Below, piece after piece: positions 12,037-26,151 of a stretch of DNA of 64,000 nt. The notes below the pieces were generated by a model. That model was not told the origin of the DNA. It did no database searches and saw only the letters and a program-made list of their open reading frames with translations. Source of the DNA: Camelus ferus (taxonomy: Eukaryota); assembly GCF_009834535.1 (NCBI RefSeq), contig NC_045696.1:16432001-16496000 (forward strand), in the 5' to 3' direction. Positions within the stretch are counted from its first letter, which is position 1. Each line of letters opens with the position of its first letter. Position numbers and translations under genes: made by a program.

Positions 12037-14641
12037 TTGTTTTCTGGAAGCCAAGAAGGATGAAGGAAGGAAAAGACCAGAGTGAAGTAATGGGCAACCT
12101 GAGAGATTAAAAAGTAAAGAAAAACAAAATTAACATTTGAATGGAACTTTAGGATTGAAAAAAATACTTTCACGGGAATTATGGCACTTAATTCTCATGT
12201 TAACGTCCCTGTGTGGTACCTAGAACTGTTTTTATCACGTTTCAAAATGAGAGACAGAGGCTTAAAATGTTTTTAGGGCTACATAGAGGAAGGACTTGAA
12301 GAAGTTGGAATTGCTGACGCCAAATCTCATTTCTGTCCTTTGTGGGAGACAAAGTATCAGAAAAGGTAGAAGTCTGGGGAGATTTCAGGGGAAATGAAGA
12401 TGCTCTTTTCTGGTGCTCACTTCAGCAATATGATGCACAAGTTGGGCAGAGCAGGGAGCCTCTGTCTTGTTATGTGCAGATGTAGAAGCAGCACATGCCA
12501 TCCCGCAGGCGCAGTGCAAGGATGGCAAATGGTTTCTATCGTAATAAAATAATCTGAATATTCAATTTATAATGTAGTTCATGGTTTAAATATGTGAATG
12601 TGTTATTAAAATACTTTTTGACATTTAGTATATTTGCAGTGTGGTAGTCTCAGCATATATAAATGCCTTCCACATTCACCACTCAAATTGAATTCAAGGC
12701 ACTATTAACCTGAAGGGTAACTCATAAGCCTGCAATGAATATTTCATGATCTGAAAATATTGTTTAAGTAAATGGGAAAAATATCCAGAAATGATTTAGT
12801 CAGCCTAACAGCATCACAGATCATTTAAAAAGGAAATAGAAAAAGTCTCCATAATTTTCTGGCCTTTTTACTAAAAGTTTACATTTAAAGAAAAACATTA
12901 GTGCCATCTTAAGCAAAGGTAAATTTTTATATATCATGCATTTCCTAAGTTTTGTACATGTATTTTGTTTTAAATTGCAATGTGCTATCTGGCAGTAGCA
13001 CACAGGATGTTTTTCCCTTAAGTTTGAAATAATAACTCTTTCAGCTGATTTCTTTGGTACCATTTCATAATTTGTTTTGTTGTTTTACTACTTCCCAACT
13101 TTAGTTTCCATAGGAACAGGATCAGTCAGAAAATATTTGGGACTCTTTTAATATGTTGAGTCCAGGATTCCTAATTAGGCTTCACGCATTTATAGCTTAA
13201 TTAATATGAGTCTCTGTGTTATATCTTTGAAGGTGGAGAAAACTGGGTTATGATGTCACGATATGCTTACTTTTTGAAAGGTTTTTATTGAAGATTTGGA
13301 TCAGAGATCTTTAAGATCATTTAAAGGTGTGCTAGTACCTGCCTGAAAAGGGATGAAATCGTTTTAGGCATACTATTCTTGAGATAAGGAAACTTAAGAG
13401 ACACCAGTTACCCCAGTTAAACTCATAAAAAGTAGCTGAAAATCCCTCCCTGCGTCCATGATGCTGTTTGTTGCTTGTCTCTCATTTCTTGGGGCACCGT
13501 TTCTTCATTGTCTCTGCTCCTTTGTGTTCTATAACTGAGCACATCCTCCAGAGGTCAGTCCTTCGCCCCTAATCTCCCTCCATGTTTTCTCCCAGAATGA
13601 ATCTATCTTCCTATTTTTATTTACCACTTAATTACAAAGGATAGGTACAGGAAATTTACACTTCTCACTCTTTTTCTTTTCAATAGTCTATACAGATACT
13701 TTTAGTTGGATTTTTTTTTTTTGCCCCCTGAACTATAGAAAATAATAATTCCTTTTTTAATTAAATGCTATGATTTCCCTGGTTCTTCACATTTACAATA
13801 CTTGGAAGTATTGTTTTGATTTCTTTGATGTCTTCTATATTTAATCAACCACTAAGTCTTACCACTTCTATTCTAAATGTCTTCTGGATTCAACTCTTTC
13901 TAAACAATTTTTTGACAGCTGCCATTTTAATCCTGGACCCTATTACCTAATAATACCTGGGTTAAAGTTACCTCTCTCCTCCTGTCTGTCCCACATGTAA
14001 GGGTCAAAATTATTGTTTACTTCCAATCCCATGTTTTTGGCATATGGTTTCACTTGTTGAAACTTCCAGCAACTTCCTGTTGCCTACTGCATCAAATAGA
14101 AACTTTAAACATAATATACATGAAGACACAAACTCCGTGAATACCAAGCCACTTTTGGAGCCCACGTCTTGCTCCTTTTCAAAACAAACTGTGTGTTCTA
14201 ACCAATAAAGAGTCAGTTTAGAATTAAAGCATGTTCACAACTCCACATAAAATAATTTTATCATCACAGGCTAACTACGGTACGTTTTCCCCCATTTAAA
14301 AATATACGATGTTAAGTTATAAAGAACACCTAAATCATCATTAAATCAAACCCCCTCATTTTACAAATAGGGAAAATAAAATCTAAATAAAATTAAGCTG
14401 TTTTCTAAAGCTATATCATTACTAAGAGCAGAACGGACACAATCTTGGTTCCTTGGATGCCAAGTTCCATTTCATTTACATCACACTTTTTTGCTTCTTC
14501 CTCTTGAACACTTGACATTTACAGTTTAAAATATAAGGAAGTTCTTTGAACATCCAGTGGAGACATTTCACATGGATATTTAACCTATGATTTCAACAAT
14601 GCATCACTACCAAAGATGTATTAGAAAAATAATTCATAAAA

Positions 14642-15373
14642 GGGAACACTCTTAACACTGTTTGGAATGTAATTTGGTGCAGACTATGAAAAACAGTATG
14701 GAGGTTCCTCAAAAAAACTAAAAATAGACTTACCCTATGATCCAGCAATCCCATTCTTGGGCATACATCTGGAGGGAACTCCAATTCAAAAAGATACGTG
14801 CACTCCAGTGTTGATAGCAGCACTATTTACAATAGCCAAGACATGGAAACAGCCTAAATGTCCATCAACAGATTACTGGATAAAGAAGTTGTGATATATT
14901 TATACAATGGGATACTAGTCAGCCATGAAAAAGAATAAAATAATGCACTTTGCAGCAACATGGATAGACCTGGAGATCATCATTCTAAGTGAAGTAAGTC
15001 AGAAAGAGAAAGAAAATACCTTATGATATCACTTATATGTGGAATCTAAAAGACATAAATTAACTTACAAAACAAAAACAAACTCAGAGACATAGAAAAC
15101 AAACTTATGGTTACCAGGGGGTAAAGAGGGTGGGAAGAGATAAACTGGGAGTTCGAGATTTGTAGATACTAAATACTATATATAAAAACAGATAAACAAC
15201 AAGTTTCTTCTGTATAGCACAGGGAACTATATTCAGTATCTTGTGGTAACCTATAATGAAATAGAATATGAAAAGGAATATATGGATGTATATGTATAAC
15301 TGACACATTATACTGCACACCAGAAATTGACACAACATTGTAAACTGACTATATGTCAATAAAAAAGAAATAT
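14642..15373 (+). mobile_element. 5'-truncated L1 with TSD
   Basis: L1 ORF2 C-terminus and 3'UTR; TSD AATAATTCATAAAA at 14628-14641 and 15374-15387. Confidence 0.9.
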
Positions 15374-16583
15374 AATAATTCATAAAATTAATTTAAAAAG
15401 TGAAGGTGATTCTGTCCCCCATCCTAGTAAGCGTGAACATGCCCTGGAGTCACCCTGTCAGGGAAGATATTCTTTCAGGTAAAAGATGGGAATCTACGGT
15501 CCTCTGAAAAGAAACATTTATATTCAACACACTCATTGGTGAGGTAACTTAACTTTATTTTAAAAAAGTACATTTGTATCCCACTTCCAAAATTATTTGT
15601 CCTTTTATTTTCTCATAATTAGAAATGCATTTCCTCAGATAGTCTAGCTTATGTAATGAGCTAGTTTTGACTGGTCTCATCATTGCTCAGCATGTTTGGG
15701 TATCTCATCGCTAAAGATAAATAGTTGAAGTGTAAAATGGAACAAGGAAGAGAGATATGATTTGTTGGTTCCAATAATTAGGACTCTACATACAAATTCT
15801 GATAGAGGGCAGGGATGCAATCTTGCTTCCACTCTAAGACTAAGAAACAGTGGCATGGAAGGCGAAGTGGAAGGAAGACCCCTTCCTCAATTAACATCTG
15901 TGTTCTCTTTCTCATGAATTCACGGTGTATTTGGGGAAAGTGTTGAAAATAGCTTCTGACATAAAGGACTACGTTGCTAGTATGCATAAGCTGCTGACAC
16001 AGCTTTAGGTTGCCTCCAAATGTCTCTATTTCTTCCATTCTTTCCCCATGACCAGTCTTCTCTAGAGAATCCTTAGAGCTTGAGAGTCTTCAGAGTTCAA
16101 GGAGCTATGAGAAATTAAATCACATAAGGAACTCACTTGCCACTTGATATTAAGTTTTTAATGACATGGGTTTGAACATTAAATAAATAATTTAGAAAGT
16201 CTGAGCAACTCTGAAATGAGTTTGAGTTGCTATGTCAAAGGCTGGATACGCTCTTACCCTACAGCAAGGCTACTACTATTCTGTTTTGTTGTTTAGAGGC
16301 TTGATGAGAGAGGCTTGATTGACTCAGCCTACATGAAATCAATGCAAGAGAACATTTTTAAATATTTAGGAATTTAATCAACTCTCTTTTTCATATTCAC
16401 CTTTTCTTGCCATCAGTCTGTGAATGTGACATGAACTCATCTAATGGGAACTTTTACATTTTAGGGAATAAAATATTAAAGTCCCTTTCAAAAGAAATGA
16501 ACTAAAAGGTCCACACTTTCCCATGAAGAAAAACACAGCTGTGATGCAGTAGATTTACTAACAGACTTTGCTGTATAACCCAG

Positions 16584-17492
16584 GAGTTCCAGTTAGTGAC
16601 AGGGTGTTCGTTTATTGGAAAGCATTTTATTAGTGTGAAATACACCAAATCAATTAGAAGGATGGTTAATTAGACAGAATTTGGGTTTCTTATAGACACC
16701 ACCTTGGTCAACGTGTAGAGTTTAAGAGAACAGATACTTCAGGTGTCTCTGATAGACTCACTATGGTCTGTTTATCTTCTTAAACCAGTGGACTCTAAGG
16801 CAGAAGGTACAAGAAAATCCAGAGGGGTAAGAAAAATATTAGAATCTCTCTATATTTATCACATTCTTCTCTTTTTTTTCTGTTTTTTGGGGGGGACGGG
16901 GCTTAAGTAGTTTTTTATTATGAAAAGTTTTCAAATAGACACAAAAGAGGAGAGAACAGAACAATAAACCCGATATGCTCATTATTTGGATTCAACAGTT
17001 ATAAAGACTTGGCCACATTTACTTCATCTATCCTTTTAGGTGTTGAGGAATTTTCAAATTACATATATATCAAAATGTTTTCTTTATTATTTAAGGAGGT
17101 CTCAATTCAAATTAAAGACATATGGCTACAACACCATTAGGACAACTAACACAATTAAAAATAATTCCTTGGTATAATCTAACATCCAGCCCCAGTCGAA
17201 TTCCTTGATGTCTTATTTGAATCACGATCCAAACCATGTCTCAGGCATTACATTTGCTTTGTAGGCTTTTTGCCTTATTTCGTTTTAATCTAGTGCTAAC
17301 CTTGTTTTCCCTCCCTTTTATTTTCTTTTTCCATGCCACTGACTTGTTGCAGAAACCGAGTCACTTACTCTATAGAAAAACCGACTTTCTGAGTTTGTCT
17401 GTGTGTCACGTAATCCATGCATCTACTCTCCTGTAAAAAGAAGTTAGCTTGCCTAGAAGACTGAGTCAAGTGAAGTAATTTTCTTTTTTGAG
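16584..17492 (+). repeat. Local duplication copy B (probable donor)
   Basis: Near-identical to 11127-12036; the old L1-like sequence it contains continues beyond its right end. Confidence 0.95.
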
Positions 17493-19399
17493 GGATGGTC
17501 AAAAATACTACATAGGGAACACTATGTCCTTTTACTGATGCTAAGATTAATCAGTGGTTTCAGGTAATAAACAGATTAATCCTTCTATTGTACAGTCCCC
17601 TATCAACATTTCCCTAATGTTTTTACCCATTAATAATCATATTGTAAGCCAATTACATGTAGCAGGAGAATGATGACTCGATTCTATTATTTTTTTCTAT
17701 TATCTTTGTGTATATATTAGCTTGAATTTGATAAAGAACTTTTGCTTGTCAATTAAGGCTACACGGTTACATATGCAAACAGACAGGAAAGCAGGGTAAA
17801 GCTTACTTCTTTATTTTGATTGCCAAATATCAGAGTAAGAAACAATTGTTGAGTTCTAATGGTGACCAAAGAGTGGTAACTGTGGGGTTTTTTTAGCTGG
17901 CTTTTTCTCTCTCTGTATAAGTAGTACATTTCGTAAAATATGTTCAAAATCTTTAAATCGATTGCATTCAATATATTTTTTGATTCTCAAATTGCCTTTA
18001 ATTTGGCCAAAGGGGGCTTTTTAAAGTTGATTCCTGTGTCTTTTTGACACAATCTCATTAGCTTTGAGAATTCTAACTTGTTTTCTGGTGCAATAAAAGG
18101 TCCCAGACTCATCTTATACATGTCTAAGTCTAAACATGGAATCAGATGTTCCTCCAAAGATCTCTAGTCACTGCTAGTGTGGAATAGTATCCAGCAATCA
18201 CAATCTGTATGATCACTTTTATGGGGTTGTAGGATAGACTGTATTATTATTCCCAACTACTCATTTCCTTCCCACTTACTATCACTGATTTCCAGGGCAT
18301 GCCAGACAGAATTCACTCTGTTTCAGGATGGCCATGTGATGTGCTTTGATCAATGGACATCCACAATGTTAAGTGGATGCTTTGAGCCGTTACATAATTT
18401 AGCTCTGTCCCTTGCATTTCCCTTGACCACAAGGATTATCTGTCCCAAACAGGGCTAATTTCTTCAACCTGGGTCCTGGAATAAGGAGACATGTAGAGCA
18501 GAGACTGTGCAGCAGACCTGGAGCCACCAAAATTGAACGCAAGCAAAAAACAATGTGTATAGTTGCAAACTACTGAGATTTGGGGGTTATTTGTTACTTC
18601 ATAAAAGCTGACTGATACAGGTTGTGATTTCATCCAGGCCTTTTTAGCGCATAGAGACAGGAAATGTATAATTTTAGGAAGAAAAAAAGCATCATGAGTT
18701 CATACTGATATTTTCAATTCAAATATAACATTACAGGACTTTTACTTAACTTTTAAAAAAACATTACACATATAACTCTTTTTTCCTATGCTGGAAGTTT
18801 TGATCTATCTATATTAATATAATTACTGATTTGCATTGTCCTGTAATACAAAGCAGTTTCAAAAGAACAAAACCACTATTTTAAATTACTTCAGTTTAAA
18901 ATGTATTTGTAGCTTTATTTATCCTTAAAATATATCCCACTCTTCAGTGGAATGTTACGTTCCAAGCTCAGACTGGAATAATTCTTTCCTCTGTGTGGTT
19001 ACATCACTGATTTGAAATACAGTAGGTTCATTTCTTTCCATTTGTTTTCAATTTTTGGAGATGGATGTCTTAGTGAATTTTATCTTTTAAATAGAACCTT
19101 TAAGTTTTCAAAATCAAATCTGTGTAATAAGCTATTAAGAGAAAGCTGTTCCATTCTTGCACCTTCCACACATTTTGAATAGTTTTGATTTAACCTCCCA
19201 GTGTTTTTCTCTTGCATAAAACGTAGCATGCAAAACTATACAGTTCTACACCTTGCTTTTTCCAGTTACTATATCCATTCATGGAGATCACTCTAATTCC
19301 TTTTATAACTACATTGCATATCATTCTGTCATTTATTCAGTCAATCCCCTATTAATGGGTATTCGATTATTTTCAATCTTCTTTTAATTAAAATTTTTT

Positions 19400-19523
19400 T
19401 TTAACTTGGAGAAGAGGGTAATTAGACTTATTTATATATTTCTTTCTTTTTTCAATTTTTTTAATGGAGGTACTGGGGATTGCTAAGTATGCACTCTACC
19501 ATTGAGCTATATACCCTCCTCCC
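19400..19523 (-). mobile_element. tRNA-derived SINE (vic-1 type) with internal deletion
   Basis: GGAGGTACTGGGGATTG joined directly to CTAAGTATGCACTCTACCATTGAGCTATA (part of the B-box region missing). Confidence 0.75.
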
Positions 19524-21072
19524 TTCAATCCTTTTTATAATAAATAATTTTGAAATGAATAATATTATGTATGAATCATGTCCTGTTTTTGTACAGCTTT
19601 GGAACAGACTCCCAGTAGTGGGGTTGGTGAGTCAAAAGGCAGATATATAATTTTTCTACATATTGCTGGATTCCAGTCCTGTAGCAGCTATAGCATTACA
19701 CAGCCTATCAACAGTGTGTGAAAATGCTTGTTTCCATACAACTTCAATAACAGAGCATGCAGATGAGTTATGTGTTTTGATAATCTAGTAGGCAAGCAGT
19801 GTTATCTTTGTGAAGGTTTAATTTGCATTTCAAGTTATGTTGAGTAGAGCTTCATATCTGAAGAGCTGTTTGGACTTTCCTTCTCGGAATTCTCTGGGGT
19901 TTGCTTGTGCGTGTGTTTGCGTATGTGTCTGTGTTTGTGTCTGTGTGCATGCATGCATGCACCATTTTTCTATTTTATTCTTTATATTTTAATTTTCTTT
20001 TCATTTTTAGGTGCTCTTATATCAGTGACAATACTCTAGTTGAGGCTTAAATTGCAAAATATCTTTTCCTAACTAGACATTTATCTTTTGATTTGTTTAA
20101 GGTGTTTTTTTTTTTTTTTTTTTAATGCAGATGCTGTTTGGATATATAGACCAGTCTACAGAAATCTATACCATGCTTCCTTTTTTGGGGGGGGGGGTTT
20201 GAGGGGAGGCAGGTAGTGATCTTTTTATTTATTTATTTATTTACTTACAGTTAGATCTCTGATTGATTTGGAGTTTATCCCCATGTATGCTATCAGATTC
20301 AGATTTAATTTCCCTTAAATGACTGTGCAACTTTTCTAACAGTATTAAGAATTCTCTCTAGTTTGAAATGCTACCATTTTACATGTAGATCAATAGACAG
20401 ATAGACATGGTAGGTATAGATAATCTCTATTTTTACATCTATCTATCTATCCTAAATTTCAAATCAACTTGGGCCAATTTCTGGACTTTATATTCTCTAC
20501 CATTGGTCTGTCAGTCTCTTCATGTACCAGTCCCACAGGATTTTAATTGCAGAAGCTTTATCAAATTTTGTAATATAGGGCCATTACCACCTCATTTCTC
20601 TCCAAGGGTATTAGTGTTTATTTTCCATTATCTCATTTGTTAATGTTTATTTTATGTATAGTTTATAATTAATGTTATGTTATTTACTACGTTACTTACT
20701 TTTATTTAACTAAGTATTTAAAAACTTCTATGTGCTAGGCGCTATGCTAGGTGCTAGGGACATAAAGATGTGTTATCTCTGCCCCCGAAAGATGTGTGTG
20801 TAAAATGATAACACTACAGCCCAGTAAGGGCAGTAAGAGAAACAGGAACATGCTGAGGGCACCAGGATTACAATATGAGGTGGACTTTGGCTTTGAAGAC
20901 TAGATGAGTTGGAAAGACTTAAGAAGCCGTAAGAGACTTTGGAGTTAGACTTTCAGAGAGGAATCACATTTGGCAACATGGAGAACAGTTCAACAAGGAC
21001 AACAGTAGAAAAGGTGGAGGTTGGAAAGGAGAAACATTGTATCTAGGTAAAATGGCATAGATGCTTGCTCCC

Positions 21073-21075
<3 letters not shown>

Positions 21076-21117
<42 letters not shown>
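21076..21117. repeat. (CA)n microsatellite
   Basis: About 21 perfect AC units. Confidence 0.95.
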
Positions 21118-21119
<2 letters not shown>

Positions 21120-22057
21120 ACACAAAAGAACCTGACTTCTTCTGGGACCAAAAGCATCACATGGGATCAAAGTACAAATGATACAATGATCCCATAGCTC
21201 CAATCAGTTTATATAAAACTTTTAACATATTTTTATGGCACAGCTCACTGTGTTAGATTATTAGATTAAATCATAGATTAATTAGCAACTGATAATTAAA
21301 TCATTGCATTAAATAGACTAGTGTTTATTTACACTTGAGTCACTGTTTATTCCATTGTCTGTTCTACTTCAGATTAAAATCAATTCCTAATTTAAAGTGT
21401 CTCTAGAGCATTTTCTTAAACATAAACACGATTCTCTCTTTTCAAATTTAGCACTTTCCCAGCAGTTCAGCGTGTTCCAATTTTATTTGTGGCCATTGCT
21501 TCTTTGGTCTCCTTTAAAAATAGCACCAGCTTGCACTTGTCTGTAAATCCTAGCTGGTGCCGGTGTCTCGGTCCCCTCTGGGCGTGGTCCCTTATTCTCT
21601 TCTCCTTTGGACTTTTTCATTGGGTCTGGGTTGGAATTTTTCCCTTTTTAAATCTGGTCACTGGTTTGGGAGTTTATATTCCTCTCTTTTGTTATATCAC
21701 TTTGTTTCACTACTTACATTTGGTGGTTTTAGCTAGAAGATAGTCCTGACTGCATCTTGGCTTAGGGTTTTAAAAAAGCCTCTGCAAGATGTTGTCACGA
21801 GTCCTGTTTGTGAGACCTAGCTTTGAGTCGTGGCTCAATTACTAGTAAAAATACAGTTTTTGTAGGAAAGCACAGAATACTATGCATGACATAATTTCTT
21901 TTTTTTTTGGAATGTGCAGAACCATAAGCACAGCAAATTTTGATTTTGATTTTTAAAGAAATTACACAGGTATGCTCATATAGGGTGGAATTATATTTCC
22001 CCCCACACACAATTTTTCTGGAATCACACGCAAGAAACTTAAGAGTGGGCTACTTCA

Positions 22058-22822
22058 TAGGTGAGGATGTGGAGAAAAGGGAACCCTTTTACGCTATTGG
22101 TAGGAATGTAAATTGGTGCAACTGGTATGGAGATTCCTTAAAAAATTAAAAGCTATATAGAGCTACTGTATGATCCAGAAATTCCACTTCTGGGTATAGA
22201 TCTGAAGAAAATGAAAACACTAATTTGAAAAAATACATGCAACCCAGTGTTCAGAGCAGCATTATCTATAATAGCCAAGACATAGAAGCAACCCAAGTGT
22301 CCATCAGCAGATGAATAGATAAAGAAGATGGGGTACACACACACACACACACACACATACACATGCAGAATGGAATGCTACTCAGCCATAAAAAAAGAAT
22401 GGAATTCTGCCATTTGCAACAACATGGATGGACATGGAAGATAAAATGCTTAGTGAAATAAGTCAAAGAAAGACAAATACTCTATGGTATCACTTATACA
22501 TAGAATCTAAAAAATAAAACAAACTAGTGAATATAACAAAAAGAAACTGACTCACAAATATAAAGAACAAAATAGTGGTTACCAGTGGGGAAAGGGAAGG
22601 AGGCAGGGACAAGACACGGGTAGGGGGTTAAGAGGTTCAAACTACCATGTATAAAATAAATAAGCTACAAAGATATATTGTACAGCACAGGGAATATAAC
22701 TGATATTTTATAATAAGTATAAATAGAATATAACCTTTAAAAATTGTGAATCACTACGTTGTATGCCTGAAACATATAATATTGTACACCAATTAAACCT
22801 CAATAAAAAAAAATAGAAATAA
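22058..22822 (+). mobile_element. L1 3' end (L1MA-like) containing (CA)n
   Basis: GGTGAGGATGTGGAGAAAAGGGAACCC...CCTCAATAAAAAAAAA. Confidence 0.85.
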
Positions 22823-24865
22823 AACAGTAGGCTACTTTTAAGGAGTGGAACAGAAGGCAGGACTGGAAAGGAGACATTTTTCATTTGATAACCTTTCTGC
22901 GCTGCTTGAATCCACCATGTGCACACATTATTTTAGTTAAACATGTAAGTAAATGCATTTAATAATGATCTATTTTTGTCTTTGATTCTGCCCATCATAA
23001 AGTATTGAGCAGGTTTTTACAGTGCAAGCAAAGCAAAAACTGAAAACAGTAGGTGACTGTTTTGACAAGATGTGACCCAGCAAACTGGAAACACCTTGCA
23101 TAAAGGAGAGAGACCAGCGAGATGTCTTCACCCTGTATAAATAGAAAGACAAATCTGCCCCACACTGACCTCATGAGACATTCTGAAAACTGAAACAGAA
23201 CAGAAAAGCCAATGAAACAAATAAAATCTTGATGCCAATGGCATAAAAAAGCAAGAGAGAGAAAGGCAAGACTCTTCAGTTAGGAACTAAAACTCATGTC
23301 TGTCAAGCTCATGAGGTTCCTGGCTCAGGACTTTTTGAGCCCAGACAGTGGGCAGCTAAGAGAGAAGCTCTTGACACGTCACAGGACTGGGTCCAGTATG
23401 TTGCTTTGCCCTCTGCTCATAAAACATAGCAACAATTCAAATGTCAGAACAGTTCCAACCCACTCACTGGTTTGAAGACCCTGAGTAGGGTTTGTGGTCC
23501 TGCCAGCAGGCACTCAGTTGAGCACACACATCCTCCCTCTCTCTCGTGCACGTACACACTTACGTGCTTAGTAACATAGAAGGTCACGCCTCTCCGTATC
23601 ACATCTAATCAAATCACCCTCTTAAGTGTGGCAACTTGGGGAGACGCTAAAAACACAACACTGACGGAAGACAAACTCAGGCGTTGGAAAAGAGAAAGAT
23701 ACTGAAAGAAGAGAAATAGGAGCCCAAACAGCTACTGTTTTATGCTGATATGTTGGGAACTGAAGAGAAAGTTGGAAATACATCATACGTGATTTTTAAA
23801 AACTTAAAAACCAAAGAGCAATTTTCTCAAATCTCTGATTAAATGTAATTGATTGCATTTCAAATATAAAACAACTTTCTGTGGGCATATGTATATATGT
23901 AATCATATGTGTTTGGGTAGGTATCTATTTCAGTCACTATATATCAGAAATACTCATGAAGGAATTGCATGGACCACTTCCATGGCATCTAACTGGTCTC
24001 CCCACTTCAGCTTCCCACCTACACCGTTCCGCCCATTCTCCACACTCCATCCATTGTGTTCTCTTTGAAATGCAAATCTGCCTGATATTCAGTGTTTAAA
24101 AGCCTTCAATGGCTTTGCCTTGCTTTAGGATAAGTTCAAAATCCTAAATATATCCCACAAAGCCCTCCAACAGCCTGACTGCTGCCTTTTTTCCTCCCCC
24201 CCCCCCACCCCGTTCTCCCTGCTATGACCGTAAGGAACTTCTTTTATTCCTTCACACTCTTCCTGCTGGCTCCCCCCAAGGATGTCTGAGTGTGCTTTTG
24301 CTGCATCTGAAGGGGTGTCCTCCATCCTCTTTACCTCGGTACTAGTATATTCTTTGCATAGATAGATAGAGATAGAGATGTATGTGTGTATTTTGTAATA
24401 AAACAAAAAAAAATTCCAAAATAAACTCTTAATAAAAGTAAACAAAACAAGCTGTTTAAACGAGTACAATACTTATGCAACAGCTGATTACTTGTCTTTG
24501 GCTATGACTCTCAAAAATGTAAGAAATCCATTATAAGTGATAATAGGAGTGTTGAAGTTCATTGCCCCCCAATTTTAACAATAATAACAGTACTAAGTTT
24601 TCTAAGTGTGTTACACATATGAACACATTTCTTTTTCTCGAAACCTCTGTGAAGTAAGTACTGTTACTGGGATTACCACCATTACAGAGGGGTCAGTTGA
24701 CACACACAAAAGTCAAATGACTTGTACAAGTCACGCAGCTAGTAAGTGAGCACAGCGTTCTGTATCAGAGTCCATGTTCCACCGTTACACTACACAGTCC
24801 GAGTACAACCCATAAAAATGTAAATATATAACACTGAATTGTAATTTAAAGGAAAAAGTTATGGT

Positions 24866-26151
24866 TGCTCCATAGGATCTAGAATGTTCTTGGCCACAAC
24901 ACCGATTGCCCATACCCTAATTCTGGCTGGTATGGCAGGCAAATAATCCCCCTGCCCCCACAAAGATGTCTATGTCCTAGTCCCAGGAACCTATAAACGG
25001 GTTACTTTACATGGTAAATAGGAAGTAAGGTTGCAGATGGAATCAGAGCTCCTAATCAGCCGACCTTGAGATGAACAGATTATTCTGGACTACCCAGGTG
25101 GTCCGGATGTGATTTCAAGGGTCCTTATAAGTGGAAGAAGGAGGCAAAAGAGAGAGAACCAGAGATATGGCAGCCTGGCACTGTTAGCTTTGCATCTGGA
25201 GAAATGGGGCCATGATGGACCTCTAGAAGCTGGAAACAACATGGAAACAGAGTCTCCTCTTGAACCTCCAGAAGGAACACTGCCCTTCCCATACCTTGAC
25301 TTTAGCTCAGCGAGACCTATTTTGCGTTTCTGACCTCTAGAACTGTAAGATAATAAATATGCATTATATTCAACTTGTGGTAATTTGTTACTGCAGCAAT
25401 AGGAAACTAATACAGTTGGGCTGTTTTTCTGAGTTCTGACCTCAGTAACACCTTCCAAGAAAACTGCCCAGTTTTAAGTCATCTTTTTCTTCTTTGGCTA
25501 AAGAAAGCACTTCAACCTAGATTCTGATCCCCCTTTCCCATCCTCACTCTCATCTTCAAAATCTGGCAGAACAGGTGTCCTGGAGTATTGGCTCAGCAGT
25601 GCCGCCACTATATTGCTATGGGATGAAAAGAAATGATGTTTTAAATAATGGCTTTTACAGATTTCTGCTGGTCTGACCTCAACAAACACGCCAGCTCTTG
25701 CCTCTATGTTCTAATACACCTCCTCCACTAAAGACGCCCACAGATGGAAAGCAGTATGGTGAAAACCATGGGCAGAGCACATACGTGTAAATTCACATGG
25801 GTTTCTCTCACTGAATTCCTCGTGTGGAGGGGTAAAGGAGTGTCCTCAGCCACTGGAGAACTCACTGTTCTCTCTATGCTAATGTTCTTACTTTTGACTT
25901 CTTCCTTTTCAATGTCATGTCTGTTACAGTCTTGAAATGATTATCAGGTCTACCAGCAAGCCCAATTTGACCTTTAAGTTCATCAGGTAATTGAAACTAT
26001 GCCCAGTTGGAACCAGTTCTCTTCAGCACATTGATTATGTTGCTTTGTTCTTAACAGTGTTGACAGAGGGCAAAATCTTCCTGGCACTGGTTCCCTGGTG
26101 TGCTGTTTTGGGTCAATTCCACCACAGAGGCAGGATCTTGTCATTCTGTAG
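24866..26151 (-). pseudogene. Processed pseudogene of RNGTT (mRNA capping enzyme), N-terminal part, interrupted by an MLT1 LTR; probable ortholog of human RNGTTP1
   Basis: Minus-strand translation across frameshifts gives collinear RNGTT-like blocks: DKILPLWWN*P, PVPGRFCPLSTLL, AEENWF, NYLMNLKVKLGLLVDL, RHDIEKEEVK, FSERNPCEF..CSAHGFHHTAF..SLVE, RPAEICKSHYLK, PVLPDFEDESEDGK, LEGVT, and past the LTR QPELG..CCGQEHSRSYGA. No introns; stops and frameshifts present. Confidence 0.88.
24931..25414 (+). mobile_element. MLT1 (MaLR) solo LTR, MLT1D/C-like
   Basis: Typical MLT1 motifs ending GTAATTTGTTACTGCAGCAATAGGAAACTAATACA; 5-bp TSD GCTGG/GTTGG. Confidence 0.85.

Noticed and set aside
11776..17436. 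Two near-identical 66-aa ORFs suggesting a small gene family
   Set aside because: By-product of the 910-bp duplication of old L1-like sequence.
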